The notes beneath the pieces are model-generated. The model was not told the DNA's origin and made no database searches. It saw only the letters and a program-made list of their open reading frames with translations. Shown piece by piece: positions 19,148 through 26,747 of a DNA stretch of 64,000 bases; within the stretch, counting starts at the first letter, position 1, and each line of letters begins with the position of its first letter. The stretch lies in contig CAWEMM010000007.1 of assembly GCA_963810095.1 (NCBI GenBank), positions 96,001-160,000 on the forward strand. The letters are read 5' to 3'. Source of the stretch: an uncultured Chloroflexia bacterium (GTDB lineage Bacteria; Chloroflexota; Anaerolineae; CG2-30-64-16). The position numbers and the translations under genes are program-made.

Positions 19148-19342
19148 GGTGGGGCAGGTGAGCGGGCGGTGTGTGCTAACGGACCTCTCTGAACAGCGGA
19201 ATGATGTGCGCTTATGGGTGTGTGGTACGGCCCTGTAGATTTTCAAAATTCCGGGTTTTTGGCGGTGATTGAGGGAGACGAAGCAGCTAAGACATGCGCC
19301 GAGGCCCGGTCTCCCTCAGGGATGGCTACTGCGGGCCGCCTT

Positions 19343-19543
19343 CTACCGCCACATCAGCACGATTCCAGCGTGGACCGTCCCGCCACCGGTGAGATGCACG
19401 CGCCATAATCGGCCCTGGGGTTGATCGACGGCGACCACGAAGACGCCTTCGGGGTAATGCTTCTTTAGCCTCTTCCAGCGCTTCTGTAGGTCTTTGGGCA
19501 GATCCTTCAGGGGGTCGGGGAGCTTGGGGAAATCCTTGTCCAT
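19343..19543 (-). CDS. Small hypothetical protein near attR
   Basis: 66-aa ORF with AAGGA SD and protein-like composition; no family recognised. Confidence 0.45.
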   Translation of the reverse strand: MDKDFPKLPDPLKDLPKDLQKRWKRLKKHYPEGVFVVAVDQPQGRLWRVHLTGGGTVHAGIVLMWR

Positions 19544-19814
19544 TTGACATTTCCTTCACGTGGGCTTATCGTACCGCCCAGAAATATAAATGCCGGTTTG
19601 GTGCCGTTTAACACCTCGCCGGCATGGTGACACAGTGGAAGAAGCACTGCACACCGGGAGCGATTATAAAGGCGCTCGTGCTTGTCCACAAGTCGGCACG
19701 GGCGCCCTTCTTTTGTCGCCCGAGTATATGCGACTAACCTTAAATCGCAATTTTCCAATCCAGCTTCGCCTACTACATGTAGTAGTAGAGACGAAAGGAC
19801 ATACAGCATACAGT

Positions 19815-19896
19815 GTCGCATAGTTCGGTCTAGTCCGCACGATTGGAAATCGCGTATCCTGCAAGGGATCGAGGGTTCAAATCCCTCCCTCTCCGC
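19815..19896 (+). repeat. attR: pseudo-tRNA-Ser(GGA) lacking the first 6 nt
   Basis: Matches 8652-8733 except two substitutions (tagtGcgcGcg to tagtCcgcAcg) that disrupt the D and anticodon stems. Confidence 0.95.
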
Positions 19897-19901
19897 TGAG
19901 T

Positions 19902-19942
19902 AGACGGGCAGTTACTGGATGCAGTGACTGCCCGTTTGTTTT
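19902..19942 (+). terminator. Displaced original tRNA terminator
   Basis: acgggcagttactg-gatg-cagtgactgcccgt followed by ttgtttt, directly after attR. Confidence 0.75.
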
Positions 19943-20044
19943 GGCAGCACGCCCGCGTGACGAAGGGTCGGACCCTGGCGGGAGCTTTCTAGCTTGCTTT
20001 TTGCCGAGGGTCGCCTGGCCCCTGGCGGGAGCGCTCTTCCTTTT

Positions 20045-20360
20045 TTTGGCGAGGGCCGGCTGGCCCCCGCCGCCCGGCTGCCGCCGCCCCCGCTTCGGGG
20101 GCGTAGCCCCCGAAACCCCCAAAGGGTACGCTCCTGGCGCTTCTCATCGACCGGATCGCGTCAAACTCCCTCACAGAGGGCGCCTTGTGGAGGGCGCGCC
20201 CCACGGACTTAGTTTTGCCCGAGCCCGTCTCTGGCAGCCGCGCGACGCTCCGCACGCCGCCGCCGGGATAAGGGCGGACGGGCCGTTCCCCGAGCAGCGT
20301 TGGGGGTCAAGGGGGCGCAGCCCCTTGTCGGGGGCGGCGGGGGCAAGAGGGCCCCCGCCA
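20045..20360. repeat. REPIN/BIME-like composite repeat (two inverted GC-rich units); homologous to 34897-35168
   Basis: GCAGCGTTG..GGGGTCAAGGGGGCGCAGCCCCTTGTCGGGGGCGGCGGGGGCAAGAG and TTTGGCGAGGGCCGGC both recur as reverse complements at 34.9-35.2 kb. Confidence 0.8.
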
Positions 20361-20491
20361 CAACACCTTATCTGGCATATCGGGCAAACCCCGCTGGAGT
20401 GCCGCCCGACTGTCAGCCTCCCATCAGCCTCCAGACAAGCGCTGACATTGCGTCGGGTGTATACTGTCTTCAGTGCGGTGAAGGAGGCTCT

Positions 20492-21316
20492 ATGCGAAAA
20501 CGTAGCCGCGTGGTGCTCGGTCCGCTGCTGCTGTTATGCGGAGTCCTGGCGGCGGGTTGTGCCGCCCCACTGTCTTTCCACGACCCCACAGGGATCGCGT
20601 TTGTCGACCGCTTCACGACGTTCCTACTCAATCCGGACGTCGCGTACCTGCTGCTGGTGCTGGGGCTCCTGGCGCTCATCGCCGAGTTCACCACACCCGG
20701 CGCGGTGGCGCCCGGCGTGTCAGGCGTCATTCTGCTCATCCTGGCCTTCTACGGCCTGCTGCAGCTGCCGACAAACTGGCTGGGGCCTGCGTTGATGGTG
20801 ACGGGCATTGTGATGCTGCTGCTCGACATCAAGGTGACCGGCTTCGCGCTCAGCGTGGGCGGGGTGGTCGCGTTCCTGCTGGGCTCGCTGTTGATCTTTA
20901 CACCGCCATGGGCTCAGCCGCCGGCTCCCACGGCACCCACGGCCAGCCTCAACCCCTGGCTGATCCTGGCGACCACGGCCGGCGTCGCCGTGTTCTTCAT
21001 CCTGGGCATTGCTGCCGCGCTGAAGGCACAGCGCTTTCCGATTGCGACGGGGCGCGAGACCTTGATCGGCCAGGTGGGCGTGGCGATCGACACCCTCAAT
21101 CCGGCCGGCTCCGTCCGACTGGAGGGGGAAGTGTGGTCGGCCGAGAACCACTCGGGCGACGCGATCCTGCCGGGCACGAAGGTCCGGGTCGTGGGCATCG
21201 ACGGGTTGCGGTTGCAGGTCGAGCGCGAGTGGGGCGCGGCCCGCTGGTCAGAGCGTGCCCCGTGGCCGGCAGACGCGGCCAATGAGCCGGCGCCGCAGGA
21301 CGATCCGAAATCGTAA
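20492..21316 (+). CDS. NfeD-family membrane protein (lacks the N-terminal protease domain)
   Basis: AAGGAGG SD; LNPDVAYLLL...EFTTPG..PGVSG; C-terminal TGRETLIG..G...L.PAG.VRLEGEVWSA. Confidence 0.9.
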   Translation: MRKRSRVVLGPLLLLCGVLAAGCAAPLSFHDPTGIAFVDRFTTFLLNPDVAYLLLVLGLLALIAEFTTPGAVAPGVSGVILLILAFYGLLQLPTNWLGPALMVTGIVMLLLDIKVTGFALSVGGVVAFLLGSLLIFTPPWAQPPAPTAPTASLNPWLILATTAGVAVFFILGIAAALKAQRFPIATGRETLIGQVGVAIDTLNPAGSVRLEGEVWSAENHSGDAILPGTKVRVVGIDGLRLQVEREWGAARWSERAPWPADAANEPAPQDDPKS

Positions 21317-21351
21317 GTTGCATTTGTCTTGGAAGTGAGAGGAGCTAACCG

Positions 21352-22260
21352 ATGTTAGGGGCTGCCATTGGCACAATGGTGCTGCTGTTCCTGTTCATGT
21401 TCTTTCTGTTGATCTTCCGGCCGATCCGGGTCGTGAAGGACTACGAACGGCTGGTGCTCTTCCGCCTCGGCCGGTACGCAGGCACCCGTGGCCCTGGTCT
21501 CGTCTGGCTGTGGCCGGTGATCGACTCGGTCAACAAGGTCAACCTGCGGGAGGATTTCCTGGAGATCCCGTCCCAGACCTGCATCACGCAGGACAACGCG
21601 CCGATCGACATCGATTTTCTGATCTACTGGAAAGTGATCGATCCGGGCTTGTCCGTGCTGAAGGTGCGTGACTTTGCGGGCGCGTCGCAGGGCATCGCCA
21701 CCACGACCTTACGTGCCGTCATCGGCGACATCCCACTTGACGACGTGCTGGCGAAGCGCGAGCAGATCAACCAGGTGCTGCGCGCCAAGCTCGACGAGGT
21801 GACCGAGCGGTGGGGCGTGAAGGTGACCGGCGTGGAAATCCGCGAGATCGTGCCCCCGCGAGACATCCAGCAGGCGATGAACCGGCAGATGTCGGCCGAA
21901 CGCGAGCGCCGGGCCGTGGTGCTCGAGGCAGACGGCAAGAAGCAAGCGTCGATCACGGTGGCGGAAGGCAATAAGCAGGCGGCCATCCTCCAGGCGGAAG
22001 GCGCGCAGCAGGCGGCCATTCTCCAGGCGGAAGGCGGCCGGCAGGCGTCGATCCTGCAGGCGGAGGGGTATTCGATGGCGCTGTCGAGAATCTACGAGGC
22101 GGCGCACTCGCTGGACCCGAAGACCATGCAACTGCAGTACCTCGATGCGCTGAAGGCGCTGGGCAGCGGTCCCGCGACGAAGTTCATCTTCCCGATGGAG
22201 TTCACCAGCCTCGTCTCCGGTTTCGCCCGCCTCAACGGCGGCGACGGCGATGGGAAGTAG
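21352..22260 (+). CDS. SPFH/stomatin (band 7) protein
   Basis: YERLVLFRLGR, ITQDNAPI, TTLRAVIG, MNRQMSAERERRA; canonical partner of nfeD. Confidence 0.95.
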   Translation: MLGAAIGTMVLLFLFMFFLLIFRPIRVVKDYERLVLFRLGRYAGTRGPGLVWLWPVIDSVNKVNLREDFLEIPSQTCITQDNAPIDIDFLIYWKVIDPGLSVLKVRDFAGASQGIATTTLRAVIGDIPLDDVLAKREQINQVLRAKLDEVTERWGVKVTGVEIREIVPPRDIQQAMNRQMSAERERRAVVLEADGKKQASITVAEGNKQAAILQAEGAQQAAILQAEGGRQASILQAEGYSMALSRIYEAAHSLDPKTMQLQYLDALKALGSGPATKFIFPMEFTSLVSGFARLNGGDGDGK

Positions 22261-22281
22261 AACGGGACGCAGATAGGGCGG

Positions 22282-22315
22282 AGAAACCAGGTTTCTTCGA
22301 AGAAACCTGGTTTCT
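22282..22315. repeat. Perfect 34-bp palindrome; family A interspersed repeat
   Basis: AGAAACCAGGTTTCT-TCGA-AGAAACCTGGTTTCT. Confidence 0.9.
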
Positions 22316-22345
22316 TTGACAGAACCCCGATCCATCGGGTACAAT
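22316..22345 (+). promoter_or_regulatory. Promoter of SRP RNA
   Basis: TTGACA 22316-22321, 18 bp, TACAAT 22340-22345. Confidence 0.8.
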
Positions 22346-22352
22346 CTCTCAT

Positions 22353-22620
22353 GGTCGTGCTAGATGGGGAGCTAGCGGTGCCCTGTAGCCTGCAATCCGC
22401 TACAGCAGGATCGAATTCCCCTTCTAGGGTCTGCGGTCAGCGGGACTGCCTGCTGGTGAGCGTGGATGGCTGGGTCCTGTGCGGCGGGAGCCTGTGAACT
22501 GGGTCAGGACCGGAAGGTAGCAGCCCTAAGCGGTCACTTCTGGGTGCCACGGGGTTGCCTGGCCTGAGCAAGCCAGATTTGGCAAGCCGAGTGACGAGAT
22601 TCGAAGAGGGGTGCACGACC
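22353..22620 (+). ncRNA. ffs: Large bacterial SRP RNA (with Alu domain)
   Basis: Terminal pairing GGTCGTGC/GCACGACC; Alu-domain GGGGAG.TAGCGGTGCCCTGTA.CCTGCAATCCGC; helix 8 GTCAGGACCGGAAGGTAGCAGC; colinear with Bacillus scRNA as recalled. Confidence 0.96.
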
Positions 22621-22703
22621 AGGCATCATGGGGGCAGCTGCGATGAGCGGCTGCCCCTCATCATTTAAGAGACCTGGTTTCCACGGTGATAGGAGGTGAA
22701 TCG

Positions 22704-24511
22704 GTGGCTGAAACACGAAGCCTGCCCCTGCGCTCTGAGGTGCCGGTCGAGCAGACCTGGGACCTGGCAAGCGTCTACGCCAGCCCGGCGGACTGGGACG
22801 CAGCCTGCCAGGACCTGGAGAACCGGCTGCCGGCGTTGGCCGCATACCGGGGCCGGCTCGGGGAAGGCCCGGCCGTCCTGGCCGCGTTCCTCGACGCCTA
22901 CCAGGCTGCGGGCGTCGAGATGGGGAAGATCGCGCTCTACACCCGCAACGCGTCGTCTGTCGACTCGACGGACCAGGCCGCGGCCGGCCGGGTGGGTCAG
23001 GCCAACACGCTGATGAGCCGCTTCCTGGCCGCGAGTGCGTTCCTTGACCCCGAACTCATGTCCATCGGCTTCGACCGGCTGGGCGATTGGATTGCGACCA
23101 CACCGGAACTCGGCTTCATGGCCCATTACGTGGATCGCCTGCGCCGCCGCGAGCCCCACGTCCGCTCGAGCGAGGTCGAAGAGGTCTTGGCGCAGCTGTC
23201 CGATCCCTTCACCAGCCCATTCAATATCTACAGCACCTTGACCGCCGCCGAGATGCGCTTTCAGCCCGCGGTAGGCAGCGACGGGACCGAGCTGGAGGTC
23301 GGGCAGGCGAGCTTCAACGGCCTGATCACGCATGCCGACCGGAACATCCGGCGGACGGCCTGGGAGAGCTATGCGGATGGCTACGGGGCGGTGAGGAACA
23401 CGCACGCGGGCCTGGTGATCGCCGCCGCGAAGCAAAATGTCTTCAACGCCCGGGTACGCCGTTACGACTCTTCGCTGGACGCCTCGCTTGGGCCGAACGA
23501 CATCCCGACCCCCGTCTTCCATAACTTGATCGCCACCTTTCGCCGCAACCTACCGACGTGGCACCGCTACTGGCGCCTGCGCAAGAAAGCGCTGGGGCTC
23601 GATGCCTTCCACGTCTACGACATCAAAGCGCCGCTGACCCGCGCAAAGCCGGTCGTCCCGTTCGAGCAGGCGGTCGAATGGATTGCCCAGGGCATGGCGC
23701 CGATGGGTGAGGAGTACGTGGGCGTGTTGCATCGCGGCTGCACCGAGGAGCGGTGGGTCGACTGGGCACTGAACAAGGGCAAGCGCGACGGTGCGTTTTC
23801 GAGCGGGACGACGGGCACCCGCCCGTTTGTGATGATGTCGTACCAGGACGATCTCTTCAGCCTCAGCACGCTGGCGCACGAACTCGGCCATTCCATGCAC
23901 TCGTACTACAGCCGGAAGACGCAGCCCTACGTTTACAGCCGCTATTCGCTCTTCGTCGCCGAGACCGCTTCGAATTTCAACCAGGCGATGGTGCGCGATT
24001 ACCTCTTCCGGACACAGACCGAACGCGACTTCCAGATTGCGCTGCTGGAAGAGGCCATGTCGAACTACCACCGCTACTTCTTCATCATGCCGATCCTGGC
24101 GCAGTTCGAGCTGGAGGTCCACACCCGGGCCGAGCAGGGCAAGTCGCTCTCGGCCGCGGTCCTCAACGACATCTGCGCCGGCCTTTTCGCGGAGGGCTAT
24201 GGCGGCGAGGTGGAGTTTGACCGGGACCGGATCGGGATCACGTGGGCGCAGTTCCTGCACATGTACCTGAACTTCTACGTGTACCAGTACGCCACGGGCA
24301 TCTCGGCCGCGCACGCGCTGGTGCACGGCATCCTGGACGGCTCGCCGGGCGCAGTGGACCGCTACATCGACTTCCTCAGTTGTGGCAGCTCGCGCTACCC
24401 GCTCGACGTGCTGCAGTTGGCCGGCGTGGACATGACGCGCCCGAGCCGGTGGATACCGCGTTCGGGGTGCTCGCCGGGTACGTGGAGCGGTTGGAGGAAC
24501 TGCTGCAGTAG
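22704..24511 (+). CDS. pepF: Oligoendopeptidase F (M3B), frameshift near 24440
   Basis: AGGAGGT SD; TWDL, GKRDGAFS, TLAHELGHSMH, FVAETAS, FYVYQYATG; C-terminus in ORF 24242-24511. Confidence 0.93.
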
Positions 24512-24663
24512 GCACCGCCAGGCGAGTACTTCAGCATCTAGCCGGGGAAGGTCGGAGAGCGCGCTCGACGCGACGCCTCGCCTTCCCCCATCCGCAACCC
24601 TCCGCGGCTTCCTTGCGTATTTCCCCATGACGGCCACGCCGTACGTCCCGCAAGGAGCCGCTC

Positions 24664-26184
24664 ATGTCCTCACGCTCCAAATGGCAGCAGTTTCTGACCA
24701 GCGACCTGGCCCTCCTCCTCCTGATCGCCCTGGTGCGGGTGCTGCTTCACCTGCTCACGAACAACAACTCCGGCTTCCATCGCGACGAGCTGAACTTCAT
24801 TGCCAATGCCCGCCACCTGGCCTGGGGCTACGTCGAGTATCCGCCGCTCACCCCGTTCCTCACCCGCGTCTCGCTTGTCCTGTTCGGCGAGTCGGGCGTA
24901 AGCGTGCGCCTCTTCGCCGTCTTGGCGCAGGCCGCGGCCATTGTCGTCACGGGGCTGATGGCACGCGAGATGGGCGGGCGGCGCGGCGCCCAGGTGCTTG
25001 CCGCCCTCGCCGTGGCCATTACCCCTATCAGCATCGCGATGGGCACAATGATGATGTACGTGTCCTTCGACTTCCTCTGGTGGGTGCTGGCGGCCTACTT
25101 CGTGGTGAAGCTGCTGCGCACGGAGAACCCGCGCTGGTGGCTGGGGGTGGGCGCGGCGATCGGGCTGGGTGCGTTGACGCGCTACACGATCGTCATCGCC
25201 GTTGCTGCACTGGCGGTCGGTATCCTGCTCACCCCCGCCCGCCGCTACCTGCTCAGCCCCTGGCTCCTCGCGGGGGTGGGTCTCGCCGCGCTCATCTGCC
25301 TGCCAAACATCATCTGGCAGGCGCAGCATGACTTCGTCGCGCTCGCCTTCACGCGTGCGATTCACCAGCGCGACGTCGCATGGGGCCGGACGTCGGGCTT
25401 CGTCGTCGAGCAGTTTTACCAGGCCAGCCACCCGTTCACGGTCCCACTGTGGATCGCGGGGCTTTATTTCTACTTCTTCGCACCGCTCGGCCGCCGGTTC
25501 AGGACCCTGGGGTGGATGACGGTGGTGGCATTCGTGCTGTTCTACGTCAGCGAGGGCCGGGGTTACTACACCGGGCCCGTCTATCCCATCCTGCTGGCTG
25601 GCGGGGCAGTCGCCGTGCAGGAGCTGGTCGCACGGCTGAAGCCCAGGACCGCGCGCGCCGTTTGGAGCGCGGCGTTTGTGCTCTTCATGTTGGGCGGCGT
25701 CGTGTACCTCGCGCTGCAGCTGCCCGTAGCGCCGGAGGGCTCGGCCTACTGGCGCTTCACGAGCGGCATCGTGGGTGAACAAATCGAGAAGGTCGGCTGG
25801 CCTGAGCTGGTGACCGAGGTGGCGGGCGTATACAACTCGCTCCCCACCGACGAGCGGAGGTCGACCGCCATTCTCACGGCAAATTACGGCGAGGCCGGCG
25901 CAGTCGACCTTTACGGGCCGGCGCTCGGCTTGCCCAACGCCATTAGTGGGGTGAACAGCTATTGGCCCCGCGGCTATGGGGATCCGCCGCCCGAACACGT
26001 CATTCTCATCGGCTTTGACAGGAACTCGGCAGAGAAATCGTTCAAGGACTGCAGCAGCGCGGGCATGATTCCGAATCCATACAAGCTGCACAACGAGGAA
26101 GGCGCCCGCCCTGTGATCTATTACTGCCGCGGGCTTAAGCGGCCGTGGCCTGAGACGTGGAAGTGGTATCAGTCATACGGGTGA
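24664..26184 (+). CDS. GT-C fold glycosyltransferase (PMT/ArnT-like, family 39)
   Basis: GFHRDELNF...LAWGYVEYPPLTP, PNIIWQ, NYGEAGA. Confidence 0.88.
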   Translation: MSSRSKWQQFLTSDLALLLLIALVRVLLHLLTNNNSGFHRDELNFIANARHLAWGYVEYPPLTPFLTRVSLVLFGESGVSVRLFAVLAQAAAIVVTGLMAREMGGRRGAQVLAALAVAITPISIAMGTMMMYVSFDFLWWVLAAYFVVKLLRTENPRWWLGVGAAIGLGALTRYTIVIAVAALAVGILLTPARRYLLSPWLLAGVGLAALICLPNIIWQAQHDFVALAFTRAIHQRDVAWGRTSGFVVEQFYQASHPFTVPLWIAGLYFYFFAPLGRRFRTLGWMTVVAFVLFYVSEGRGYYTGPVYPILLAGGAVAVQELVARLKPRTARAVWSAAFVLFMLGGVVYLALQLPVAPEGSAYWRFTSGIVGEQIEKVGWPELVTEVAGVYNSLPTDERRSTAILTANYGEAGAVDLYGPALGLPNAISGVNSYWPRGYGDPPPEHVILIGFDRNSAEKSFKDCSSAGMIPNPYKLHNEEGARPVIYYCRGLKRPWPETWKWYQSYG

Positions 26185-26187
26185 GGT

Positions 26188-26216
26188 GCCATAGCGACCC
26201 GCCAGGTCGCTATGGC
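26188..26216. terminator. Hairpin between convergent genes
   Basis: gccatagcgacc-cgcca-ggtcgctatggc, 12-bp stem. Confidence 0.7.
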
Positions 26217-26227
26217 TTGCCCGGGCG

Positions 26228-26716
26228 CTACTGTGTCATCGTCGCGATAAACCGCTTAAGGTCGGCTGAGTGATCCCGGTAGTGCAGATACGTGTTATCG
26301 GCGACCAACTGCCACGGCATCCACTCTGCCGGCATGCCGGGCCACTGGGCAGGGTCATTGAGCTGCTCGTCGGTCAGCCCCTCGAGCGTCTTGTAGAGGG
26401 CCTCGTGGACGTTGCGTGCCGATTCCCGCACCTCGTCCGCGGGCCGGTCGCGGCTTTCTTCGTAAATCAGCCGGTTACGTTCGTCCAGCGCCTGGTTCCA
26501 CCAATCCGAGCCAAAGAACCTGCCGGCCTGGAGGAAGTCGAGCATTTGGCCCTCGTGCCAGGCCAGGTGCGCGTAGATATCCTTGACCTTCCAGTCACCT
26601 GCCACGGGCAGCGCGTCCTGCTCTTCCGGGCTCAGCAGTGAGCTTGTCGCCTCCCACTCGATCTTCGCCTCGAGAATTTGCCGCAGCAATTCATCCTTCG
26701 TCATCTTCTCCGTCAT
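26228..26716 (-). CDS. DinB/ClbS-DfsB-like four-helix bundle protein
   Basis: WKVKDIYAHLAWHE, NTYLHYRDH; GGAG SD. Confidence 0.8.
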   Translation of the reverse strand: MTEKMTKDELLRQILEAKIEWEATSSLLSPEEQDALPVAGDWKVKDIYAHLAWHEGQMLDFLQAGRFFGSDWWNQALDERNRLIYEESRDRPADEVRESARNVHEALYKTLEGLTDEQLNDPAQWPGMPAEWMPWQLVADNTYLHYRDHSADLKRFIATMTQ

Positions 26717-26747
26717 TACACTCCTCCACGGATGGAAAACGGCATGC

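Larger units (their letters stand above)
8652..19896. mobile_element. tRNA-Ser(GGA)-integrated element, PICI/phage-satellite-like, ~11.2 kb
   Basis: 82-bp direct repeats at 8652-8733 and 19815-19896 (2 mismatches); adjacent integrase; helicase plus palindromic ori; terS-like ORF; second recombinase; backbone visibly less GC-rich than host genes. Confidence 0.92.

Noticed and set aside
19815-19896. Third functional tRNA gene
   Set aside because: The 5' acceptor strand is missing and the D and anticodon stems carry mismatches; it is attR.
22686-25331. Apparent 881-aa PepF fusion protein
   Set aside because: Artefact of a frameshift near 24440; the extension overlaps the GT gene out of frame.
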